Below, piece after piece: positions 1 to 8,012 of a stretch of 35,205 nt of DNA. Within the stretch, counting starts at the first letter, position 1; each line of letters starts with the position of its first letter. The notes under the pieces are model-generated. The model ran no database searches, was not told the origin of the DNA, and saw nothing but the letters and a program-made list of their open reading frames with translations. The stretch is from IMG/VR virus record IMGVR_UViG_2881147464_000001, positions 73,453 through 108,657 of that record; one strand, 5' to 3'. Origin of the DNA: a virus. The translations under genes were made by a program, and so were the position numbers.

Positions 1-2
1 AG

Positions 3-311
3 GGCACCAGGTTCTCCTACGGGACCGGCGAAACCATCGACCAAGTGCTCGACGGTGCCCATGCCGTCGTCACCCATGGTTCGAACGCATGCTTTGAGGC
101 GGTCCTCGCAGGCATCCCGTGCATTGTGCTCGGGGATGCGGTGGCGAAGCCGATTTCCTCGACTGAAATGGCCGATCTCGAGTCGCCATTGATGGTGAAG
201 CGCAAGGAACGGAACCAGTGGCTGGCCAACCTCGCGTACCAGCAATGGACGATGAGTGAGTTCGCCGCCGGTGAAGCGTGGCAGATCATTCGCCCGCAGA
301 TTTACGGATGA
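3..311 (+). CDS. Glycosyltransferase, GT-B fold C-terminal part (capsule-synthesis/KpsS-like); 5' end outside the window
   Basis: Frame is open from position 3. AHAVVTHGSNACFEAVLAGIPCIVLG is a typical GT-B nucleotide-sugar-binding segment (S-x-x-x-x-E-A-x-x-x-G-x-P), followed by WLANLAYQQWT. Confidence 0.7.
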   Translation, partial: GTRFSYGTGETIDQVLDGAHAVVTHGSNACFEAVLAGIPCIVLGDAVAKPISSTEMADLESPLMVKRKERNQWLANLAYQQWTMSEFAAGEAWQIIRPQIYG

Positions 312-898
312 GCATGAAGCCGAGCACCCAGTATCTGGCGGCGCTGGACGACGCCAAGCGTCACCATGCCGCGCACAAGACCTATTCCGGCAAGTTTCTG
401 CGGCCGCACGCGCCGTTCATCAAGGAAATCATCGATCGGCTCGGCTGTCAGACGATTCTCGATTACGGAGCCGGCAAGGGCGAGCAATATTCCTGGCGCA
501 ATGCCGATCCGATCGGATCGATCCCGGTTGGCATGACGATCGAGGAATACTGGGGCATCAAAGTCACCAAGTATGACCCGGCCTATCCGCCATTCGCCGC
601 GGAACCGGTAGGCAAGTTCGATCTGGTGATCTGCACGCACGTCCTTGGCTCGATTCCGGTCATCGACCTGCCGTGGGTGGTCGACAGGCTCTATTCGCTG
701 TCGAACAAGGCGCTCTACATCGCCGAGAAGATCGCGCCGGTGAAGAAAAAGGTGTTTCAGAAACCGGATCTGCATCCGTTCGGCTGGAATGCGGCGCGCT
801 GGATGACGGCGATCAAACGCGAGAAGGACATCGAAGTCGTCCTGTCGGTTCGCGAGAAGCGTGGCGACGACGTTTTCGTCGAGCGATTCTCCATATGA
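308..898 (+). CDS. Class I SAM-dependent methyltransferase-like protein (196 aa)
   Basis: Motif I ILDYGAGKG, YDP, and KFDLVICTHVL. The ATG at 308 overlaps the upstream stop (ATGA). Confidence 0.8.
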   Translation: MSMKPSTQYLAALDDAKRHHAAHKTYSGKFLRPHAPFIKEIIDRLGCQTILDYGAGKGEQYSWRNADPIGSIPVGMTIEEYWGIKVTKYDPAYPPFAAEPVGKFDLVICTHVLGSIPVIDLPWVVDRLYSLSNKALYIAEKIAPVKKKVFQKPDLHPFGWNAARWMTAIKREKDIEVVLSVREKRGDDVFVERFSI

Positions 899-1890
899 AA
901 ATTCGCGTTCTCGGCGCCGGCTGGTTCGGATGTCATTTAAGCGCCGCGCTGATTGCCGCAGGCCATGACGTCGAGATTCACGAGAGCAGCGGCCGCATCT
1001 TCAACGGTGCCTCCGGCAACATTCCGGCCAGGCTGCACCTTGGAGCTCCGCATTACCCGCGGTCGTCGGCCACGCAGCGGGCCTGTCAGGAGCATCAGGC
1101 TGAATTCCTGAAGGAGTATGGCCATCTCACCCGGTCGATCCCGGTGAACATTTACGCGGTCGCGCGCGACCATTCGTTGATCGACTTCGGCACCTACCAG
1201 AGGATCCTGCGCGATCAGGTCGAGTTCATCACCCTCTACGATCCGGCCGAGTTTGGCCTGACTTTCGTCGAAGGTGGCGTGATGCTCGGCGAGCGCCACA
1301 TCGTTGTCGACGCGGCGCGCGCGCACTTCGCCAAGATTCTGGACGGGAAGATCCGCTTCAACACGCCAATCGGCGAGGTGGACAGCAAGAACTACCATTT
1401 CACGATCGACTGTAGCTTCTGCGCCAATGACAGCGCCGGCGTCGATCGCTACGAGCCCTGCCTCGTGGTCTTGTTGAAGGGGCCGACCGACAAATCGGTG
1501 ACGATCGTCGACGGGCCGTTTCCGTCGCTGTACGTCTGGAACGAGGATCTCGGACTCTCGAGCTTGTCGTCAGCCAAATGGACGCCGTTTTCTAAGGACT
1601 GCAAGACTTGGGGCGAGGCGAAGGCACTGCTCGACGGTCTCAGCGCCGCCGACGTGGAGCGCCAGGCACAGTTCATGATCAGCGACATGGCCGGGTTCTA
1701 TCCAGCGATCCGCGATCTCTACCAGGTGGAAGATTACCGCTTGAGCATCCGAGCGATGCCGCTTTCCGGCGCCGACAGCCGCTTGGTCGAGGTCGTCAAG
1801 GTAGGGGAGCGCGCGCTGCGCGTGCGCGCGGGAAAGATCGATGCCGTCGTCCAGGCGGAAAGGATCATCAAGGGGATGATCGCGCAATGA
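895..1890 (+). CDS. FAD-dependent oxidoreductase (DAO-like, 331 aa)
   Basis: N-terminal Rossmann motif MKIRVLGAGWFG...VEIHE, GASGN..ARLHLG and C-terminal GKID. ATGA overlap at 895. Confidence 0.85.
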   Translation: MKIRVLGAGWFGCHLSAALIAAGHDVEIHESSGRIFNGASGNIPARLHLGAPHYPRSSATQRACQEHQAEFLKEYGHLTRSIPVNIYAVARDHSLIDFGTYQRILRDQVEFITLYDPAEFGLTFVEGGVMLGERHIVVDAARAHFAKILDGKIRFNTPIGEVDSKNYHFTIDCSFCANDSAGVDRYEPCLVVLLKGPTDKSVTIVDGPFPSLYVWNEDLGLSSLSSAKWTPFSKDCKTWGEAKALLDGLSAADVERQAQFMISDMAGFYPAIRDLYQVEDYRLSIRAMPLSGADSRLVEVVKVGERALRVRAGKIDAVVQAERIIKGMIAQ

Positions 1891-2102
1891 AGGTGGAGAC
1901 CAGAACGATATATGTGCCGGAGATCGGCGACCGGGTCAAAGTGCCGGATCTTCTCGATCAGTTTGATCGTGTTTGGCTGAAAGCTGGCGAGGGCGTCATC
2001 AAGTCTGTGCCCGAAGACAGCATGCATCGTTTCGGGATCGAAATTCATGGGAAGACCGAGTGGCTTCTCAAGTACGATTTCGATCTGATTATTGATCCGT
2101 GA
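1887..2102 (+). CDS. Small hypothetical protein (71 aa, possible SH3/KOW-like fold)
   Basis: Fills the gap exactly, with ATGA and GTGA overlaps on either side. Contains IGDRVKV. Confidence 0.65.
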   Translation: MKVETRTIYVPEIGDRVKVPDLLDQFDRVWLKAGEGVIKSVPEDSMHRFGIEIHGKTEWLLKYDFDLIIDP

Positions 2103-2689
2103 CCATCGTCATCACCGGATGGCGCAGTGCCATCGCCGAGGAGTTCCGCCGGCTGCTTCGGTCGAACGAAGAGATCGTGCACGGCAAGCCGATGGAACCG
2201 AATTTCCCGCTTGGGGCGGAACGATATCTGTTCTGCCAGGGCCTGCTCCGGCCGAAGCGGATCGAGGACCAGACCGATGCCGAGATCAGGGAAGGCATCG
2301 AAGTCAATTTCGCCTCGATCGTGCGGGCCTGCGATCTGATCTTTGCCACCAACGTACTGGCGAGGGTCTGCGTCATTGGGTCGGAAAGCGGTTACCGCGG
2401 CTCGTTCGACGAGAACTACGCATCAGCCAAGGAATTGCTGCATGCTTACGTGGAAAAGAAGCGCCTCTCGCAGCTGCAGCAGCTGGTGGCGATCTCGCCT
2501 GGCATCATCGGCGACTGCCGCATGACGACGTCACGGACCGATGTGGAAAACCTCATCCGCCGGCGTGAAGAGCATCCGAAGAGACGCTTCCTCGAGGCGA
2601 GCGAAGTCGCCGCGATGGCGAGGACACTGCTTTATTTCCAGCCGTACATCTCCGGGACGATCATCCGGATGCATGGCGGCCTCCACTAG
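2099..2689 (+). CDS. Short-chain dehydrogenase/reductase (SDR)-like protein
   Basis: Degenerate TGxxxGIG (ITGWRSAIA), IEVNF, catalytic Ser (IGSES), YxxxK (YASAK), ISPG and a C-terminal YISGTIIRMHGG typical of SDRs. Confidence 0.85.
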   Translation: MTIVITGWRSAIAEEFRRLLRSNEEIVHGKPMEPNFPLGAERYLFCQGLLRPKRIEDQTDAEIREGIEVNFASIVRACDLIFATNVLARVCVIGSESGYRGSFDENYASAKELLHAYVEKKRLSQLQQLVAISPGIIGDCRMTTSRTDVENLIRRREEHPKRRFLEASEVAAMARTLLYFQPYISGTIIRMHGGLH

Positions 2690-2703
2690 CCAAAGGATCA
2701 TTG

Positions 2704-3423
2704 ATGACGGTTCGGGTCTGCAGTCTCTGCTGGGGGACGGCATGGGAGCGCTATGGCCGAAAGTTCGCGCAGACGTTCGCGGACTACTGGCCATCTGATG
2801 TTGAACTGGTGGTGGTGACTGACCGCTTCATTGGCCTGCCGCGCGGCAAACAGGCGCCTCTGGAACTGATTGCCGGCTACCGGGCGTTCATGGACCGCTG
2901 GAGCAGCGACATGACCGCCATGGGCCACAGGGCCCCGCCAGGCACGAAGACCAATGAGAACGGCTATTCTTGGCGTCACGACGCTGTGAAGTGGATGCCG
3001 CAGGCGCTGGCACCGATCCCCGGGATCGAGGGGCTTGTCGACGGCGACATCTTCGTCTGGTTCGATGCCGATACCGAAACAATGGGCAAGGTGCCGGATA
3101 ACTGGGTGGATTCGCTACTCGACGGTGCCGACGTGGCCTGCATCCGCCGGCCGGGCAGACACACGGAGATCGGCTTCTACGCCATGCGATTGGGTAGGGA
3201 AACGCGGCGCGTGCTCCGCCTGTTCGCCGATTTCTACCTGAACGACTCGGTCTTCAAACTCAAAGAGTGGCACTCCGCCTACGTCTGGGATCGAGCGCTC
3301 GAGAGCGAGCCGGAACTGAAAGTTCAAGATCTCAATCCGACCGGTGCCCGCGGTCACGCCTGGCCGTCCACACGTCTGCATGAATGCACCGCCCATCACA
3401 AGGGCAAGAGGAAAGACCAGTGA
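2704..3423 (+). CDS. GT-A fold glycosyltransferase (nucleotide-diphospho-sugar transferase)
   Basis: VVVTD, DxD motif in FVWFDADT, EIGFY and terminal HHKGKRK. AAGGA RBS upstream; the start could be TTG 2701 or ATG 2704. Confidence 0.75.
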   Translation: MTVRVCSLCWGTAWERYGRKFAQTFADYWPSDVELVVVTDRFIGLPRGKQAPLELIAGYRAFMDRWSSDMTAMGHRAPPGTKTNENGYSWRHDAVKWMPQALAPIPGIEGLVDGDIFVWFDADTETMGKVPDNWVDSLLDGADVACIRRPGRHTEIGFYAMRLGRETRRVLRLFADFYLNDSVFKLKEWHSAYVWDRALESEPELKVQDLNPTGARGHAWPSTRLHECTAHHKGKRKDQ

Positions 3424-4133
3424 AGCCCAAGCATGCCTTTTATATCGGCTTCGATCCTCGTGAAGCCGCCGCCTTTGCGGTCACCAAGAATTCCTTGAGA
3501 CGCAATTTGATCACACCAGTTCCTATCCGAGGTCTGGTGCTCGCAAACCTCCAGGCGAAAGGTCTCTATACTCGCCCGACCAGCATCCGCGAGGGACGCT
3601 TGTGGGATGACATCTCCGGTGCCGCATGTGCGACGGAGTTTTCGATTTCGCGCTTCCTTGCGCCTCATCTGGCTGGCAGCGGCTGGGCGATCTTCATGGA
3701 CTGCGACATGCTGGTCCGCTCGAATGTCGAGCGCTTGTTCAAACTTCTCGATCCGTCGAAAGCCGTGATGGTTGTGAAGCACAACTTCCAGCCGACGGAG
3801 CGCATCAAGATGGATGGCCAAATACAATCAAGATATTCGCGAAAAAATTGGTCGTCGTTCTGCGCATTCAATGTGGACCATCCTGCGAATTCTAGGTTGA
3901 CGCTGGATCTAATCAATTCGGCACCAGGTCGCGACTTGCACGCCTTCTGTTGGCTTGATGATAAGGACATCGGCGAGTTGGACGCCTCGTGGAACTGGTT
4001 GGTTGGCCATTCGAGCGATGAAATCGATCCGGATGTGGTGCATTTCACGGACGGAATCCCGACGATGCCGGGATACGAAGATTGCGCCTTTGCCGATGAA
4101 TGGAACGCCGAGCTCCGGCGCTGGGCCGCCTGA
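3420..4133 (+). CDS. GT8-related glycosyltransferase (CDI-like, 237 aa)
   Basis: IGFDPRE, TEFSISRFLAP, IFMDCDML (DxD), KMDGQIQSRYSRKNWSS, WNWLVG and VVHFTDG. GTGA overlap at 3420. Confidence 0.85.
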   Translation: MKPKHAFYIGFDPREAAAFAVTKNSLRRNLITPVPIRGLVLANLQAKGLYTRPTSIREGRLWDDISGAACATEFSISRFLAPHLAGSGWAIFMDCDMLVRSNVERLFKLLDPSKAVMVVKHNFQPTERIKMDGQIQSRYSRKNWSSFCAFNVDHPANSRLTLDLINSAPGRDLHAFCWLDDKDIGELDASWNWLVGHSSDEIDPDVVHFTDGIPTMPGYEDCAFADEWNAELRRWAA

Positions 4134-4321
4134 TGTCTGGCCTGCGATCGTCGCTGAACTTCGCAAGCACAGTCGACTACGAGGCCATCAAGAAGAATGC
4201 CTTCCATGACCAAGGCATTCTCGTGGTGAAGATGGACGATCCAAAACTGTCATGGGCTGATCGGGAAATTCTCCGCGCTGTTGGTGAGCGTCTATACGGA
4301 GCGCCTAAGGCCGGGAGATAG
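4133..4321 (+). CDS. Small hypothetical protein (62 aa)
   Basis: TGATG coupling to the upstream glycosyltransferase; ends 4 nt before terS. Confidence 0.6.
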   Translation: MSGLRSSLNFASTVDYEAIKKNAFHDQGILVVKMDDPKLSWADREILRAVGERLYGAPKAGR

Positions 4322-4325
4322 GGTC

Positions 4326-4820
4326 ATGGGCGGCATTGGCAGTGGCGGCAACGGCAGACTGACGGACGCTGAGAAGCGCGCCAAGGGAACCTATCGATCG
4401 GATCGTTCCGACGAGGTGTACGCCGCGCGCGCGGCAGAGAAGGTCATCACCGGGCCTTGGCTGACCTCGATCCCCGAGCCGACGATTCCGTTGAATGCGG
4501 TCGGCAAGGCAAAATACGACGAGATCACCGCGCTTCTGTTCGCCGGAAACAAGCTGACGAAGGTCACCTGCGGCGACTGCGAACGCATGGCCGTGATGCA
4601 CCAGCAGATGCATGAGAGGCTGACCGCCGGCAAAGCGGTGTCGATGGATCTCATCAAGCGCATGGATGCGATCAGCGTGAGGCTCAGAATTGCAGAAGAT
4701 GCGCCAGCGATCGCGAACCCGAACCAAAAAAACCGGTTTGCAGGTTCCGGATTCTCGAATAGCCGGACTTCACCGATCACACTGCGGCCACATCGAGCCG
4801 CTGGAACTGGTAAACTCTGA
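4326..4820 (+). CDS. terS: Terminase small subunit (P27-like)
   Basis: Lies immediately before terL. N-terminal MGGIGSGG..KRAKGTYRSDR, P.P..LN..GKAKY and late KNRFA resemble P27-type TerS. GGAGA RBS. Confidence 0.75.
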   Translation: MGGIGSGGNGRLTDAEKRAKGTYRSDRSDEVYAARAAEKVITGPWLTSIPEPTIPLNAVGKAKYDEITALLFAGNKLTKVTCGDCERMAVMHQQMHERLTAGKAVSMDLIKRMDAISVRLRIAEDAPAIANPNQKNRFAGSGFSNSRTSPITLRPHRAAGTGKL

Positions 4821-6654
4821 AACTGGAGAAGTAGAACTCGTTCCGGACTATCCGGCGATCGCCAGGCTTTACGCTGAAGCGGTCGCCTCGAAGAGGCTGC
4901 CGACAAACCGTCTCCTCGTCCTCGCCGCGCAGCGATATCTCGACATGCTCGAGATGGCCGAGGATCCGAATTGCGAGTTTGTCTACGAACCGAAGTATGT
5001 CGTCGACTACTGCCGGTTCGGCGAGAAGCTGAAGCACTTCGAGGCCGGCAACTGGCAACTGAACCAGTTTGACGAGGAGGGGAATCCGGATCCGCGGATC
5101 ATCCTCGAGCCATTCGAGATCTGGATCGAGTCCGCGATCCATGGCTTCCGAGTCAGGCTTAACGGAACGAGGCTGGTCAAGACTGCGCTGGAACTGATCC
5201 CCCGCAAGTCGGCAAAGTCCTTGCGGGCCACGCGCGCGGCGCTTTTTGATCTCTGCTGCTCCGGCGGCATGGCACCGGAAATTCCGATCGCCGCGTTTTC
5301 TTCGAAGCAGGCTGACGACACGCTCTATGGCGACATCGTCAAGATGCTCAACAATGACGAGGAGTTGAAGGAAGAGTTCAAGATCCGGGTGACGCAGGAA
5401 GAGGTCACCTGCAACGGCGGCCGAATCTTTAAGCTCACGCAGCACGGTGACCGAATCGACGGTCTGAACCCGTCCTTGGCGCTATTCGAGGAAGGGCACG
5501 CCGGCGCGGCTCTGGTCTACAAGGTGGTTGATTCAGCCTTCGGCGCGCGGCCGAATGCGCTGCGCCGCATGATCACCACCGCTGGCCATCACTCGGAAGG
5601 CCCGGCATTCGATCTCCTGAGCCAGGCTCAGATGATCCTCGAAGGGAAGGTCGAGGATTTCACATTCTTCGCGGCGATCTACACGCTAGATCGCGAGGAT
5701 TACACCAACCCGGAAACCAATGCGATCGACTGGGATCGATTGCTGACAGACGAAAGCCTGATCGCCAAGGCCAACCCAATGTATGGGGTCGGTCTGGATC
5801 CTTCGGTGATCAAGGCCGCGGTAAACGAGGCTCACCGGCTTCGTCCAGATAAGCGGGGTGAGGTAGCGCGTACCCGCTTCAATATCTGGACTGGCGCCGG
5901 AATGACGCTGATCGACTCGGCGTCGTGGGGTGCATGTAAGCGCCCACTCGCCTTGTCGGACTTTTTCGGCATGAAGTGTTGGATCGGCGTCGACTTGGCG
6001 CAGGTGCTCGACATGTGCGCCATCGCGCTCCTATTCGAGTTGCCGGCTGGTCAGCTAGTCGCGTTTGCCCACTTCTTTCTGCCGGAGGAATCGCCGACAG
6101 CGCAGAATCCTGATCTGGTCGATCATCTGGCGCACTGGCAGGAACAAGGGTTTTTAACCCTCACACCTGGCCCGCTGGCCGATCATGACCGGGTGAGGGC
6201 GGACGTTGAGGCCTATTGCGACGTGTTCGACGTCCAGGTGATCGCCTGTGACCCGGCGCAGGCGCACAACACGGTGAAGTACCTGTGGGACGGCAACAAG
6301 CCGGTCATGGTGTACCCGAATAATGCGAAGACGATGACGGCGCCGACGGATGACATCCTCGGCCGCGTCGCGGTGCAGACGATTTGGCATGATGGGAATC
6401 CAGTTCTCGCCTGGAATGCGCAGAACGTGCACGGCGAGCGCAAGGCCAACGGCTCGATCCTCCCGCGAAAAGAAAAAGAGAACTCGGCCCGCAAGATCGA
6501 CGGCTTCGTTGCCCTTTGCTTCGCGAATGGCTGCCGGATGCAGCCCGGTGAGGCGAAGCCGGCCGTGGAGGTGACCAGCGCCTCGACCGATCCGTATCTG
6601 AAGCGAGGCATCATTGGATTCGACCAGATGGGAATAGGTGACGGCAATGTCTGA
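4690..6654 (+). CDS. terL: Terminase large subunit (HK97/Terminase_1 type); start uncertain
   Basis: LEPFE adenine-binding motif, Walker A-like IPRKSAKS, Walker B-like LALFEEGH, coupling motif ITTAG, KANP, and nuclease motifs IGVDLA and KIDGFVAL. Confidence 0.95.
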   Translation: MQKMRQRSRTRTKKTGLQVPDSRIAGLHRSHCGHIEPLELVNSETGEVELVPDYPAIARLYAEAVASKRLPTNRLLVLAAQRYLDMLEMAEDPNCEFVYEPKYVVDYCRFGEKLKHFEAGNWQLNQFDEEGNPDPRIILEPFEIWIESAIHGFRVRLNGTRLVKTALELIPRKSAKSLRATRAALFDLCCSGGMAPEIPIAAFSSKQADDTLYGDIVKMLNNDEELKEEFKIRVTQEEVTCNGGRIFKLTQHGDRIDGLNPSLALFEEGHAGAALVYKVVDSAFGARPNALRRMITTAGHHSEGPAFDLLSQAQMILEGKVEDFTFFAAIYTLDREDYTNPETNAIDWDRLLTDESLIAKANPMYGVGLDPSVIKAAVNEAHRLRPDKRGEVARTRFNIWTGAGMTLIDSASWGACKRPLALSDFFGMKCWIGVDLAQVLDMCAIALLFELPAGQLVAFAHFFLPEESPTAQNPDLVDHLAHWQEQGFLTLTPGPLADHDRVRADVEAYCDVFDVQVIACDPAQAHNTVKYLWDGNKPVMVYPNNAKTMTAPTDDILGRVAVQTIWHDGNPVLAWNAQNVHGERKANGSILPRKEKENSARKIDGFVALCFANGCRMQPGEAKPAVEVTSASTDPYLKRGIIGFDQMGIGDGNV

Positions 6655-7990
6655 TGTCGAAGAGACGGCCGTCGTCCCGACCGAGTCCCGCCAGATGGAC
6701 TTGATCGTCAAGGATCACGGCACCGAGATGACTATGGCGGAATTCGCGTCATGGCTCGGCGAGAACATTGGCAGCGCAAGCGTTCAGAATGCGCTGAAGC
6801 AGGCTGCGTTCATGCTCTGCTGCGATGTCATTGCGCAGGACATTGCGAAGTCCACGCTCCGGCTGCGTGAGAGGATGAAGAACGGAACTTCCCGGGTTGT
6901 TTTGCCGACGGAGCACCCGATCGCGGGGTTTCTCGCGCTCGAGCCCAACCGGCGCCATACCTGGAATGAGTTCACGGAGATGATGGTGCTCTGGGAGTGC
7001 TACACCTCCAACGCCTACGCCGGCGTGCTGCGCAATCGGACCGACGACCCGCTGGAACTGATCCCGTTCCAGACTGGACGCGTGCGGGAACTGGTCGAGG
7101 GCAGGGACATATTTTACGACGTCGTCGCCGGCACGATGCAGGAACAGGCACTGCTCGGCGCGGTGTCGATGACGTTCCATGAACGGGACATGATCCACGT
7201 CCGCGGCCGCATGGTCGACGGCATGGATGGCTACTCGACTTTGACGGCCGGCCGCGATGTGCTCGACACCGGAAAGGCGATCGACGGCTTCCGAACTTCA
7301 CTGTTCAGTGAAGAAGGCCAATTGCGAGGCGTCTTCAAGAAGAGTGGCGAAGGCGCCCTCGACGAACTCGCGTTCCAGCGCCTGCGCTCGCAACTGAAGA
7401 TTCTGATGAAGAGGTTCAAGGCGGGAGTCGAACCTGTCGTCCTCGAAGACAACATGGAATTCCAGGCGATCGCCTCGAAACCGATGGAAATGGAACTGAC
7501 GAAGCAGTTCGCCGAGCAGATCAACCAGACCTGTCGCCTTCTACGCGTTCCGCCGCACAAGGTGTTCCATTTCGACGGGGCAAAATACGAGAATCTCGAA
7601 ACCGCTGAGAAGATGTACGTGGGCGACTCGCTCGTCCCGCGCGCGGAGCGATTCGAGCACAGGTACGGGAAAGTTCTGCTCTCGCGCGCTGACCGACTGA
7701 GGTTCTTCTTCGAGTATGACCGTGATGAGATGACGCTTCGCGACTCTCAGCGCGAGACCGAGCGCATCAAGACGCTGCTCGAGCGAGGCGCCATCGAGAT
7801 TGATGAAGCCAGGGCGATGCAGGGCTTCAACCCGCTGCCGAACGGGCAGGGCGAAGTGCGCTTGATCCCGGTGAATATGCAGGCGGTCGACCGCGACGGA
7901 AACGTGGTGATTGCAGCATCGTCAACAATCGATCCGAACGCTCCGGCGCCAGATCAACCTGCCGACGCAAAGGCCCAAAAGGGCGCGTAG
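6647..7990 (+). CDS. Portal protein, HK97 family
   Basis: Follows terL. CCDVIAQDIA, LEPN, MIHVRG..DGMDGYS, ICRLLRVPPHK-like (TCRLLRVPPHKV) and DEARAMQGFNPLPNG. Confidence 0.95.
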   Translation: MSDVEETAVVPTESRQMDLIVKDHGTEMTMAEFASWLGENIGSASVQNALKQAAFMLCCDVIAQDIAKSTLRLRERMKNGTSRVVLPTEHPIAGFLALEPNRRHTWNEFTEMMVLWECYTSNAYAGVLRNRTDDPLELIPFQTGRVRELVEGRDIFYDVVAGTMQEQALLGAVSMTFHERDMIHVRGRMVDGMDGYSTLTAGRDVLDTGKAIDGFRTSLFSEEGQLRGVFKKSGEGALDELAFQRLRSQLKILMKRFKAGVEPVVLEDNMEFQAIASKPMEMELTKQFAEQINQTCRLLRVPPHKVFHFDGAKYENLETAEKMYVGDSLVPRAERFEHRYGKVLLSRADRLRFFFEYDRDEMTLRDSQRETERIKTLLERGAIEIDEARAMQGFNPLPNGQGEVRLIPVNMQAVDRDGNVVIAASSTIDPNAPAPDQPADAKAQKGA

Positions 7991-8012
7991 GCCGATCCAA
8001 TCAGGAGTTACC

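Noticed and set aside
4727-4733. A AAA AAC slippery heptamer in terS as a -1 frameshift into terL
   Set aside because: terL is in the +1 frame relative to terS, so a -1 slip would not reach it.
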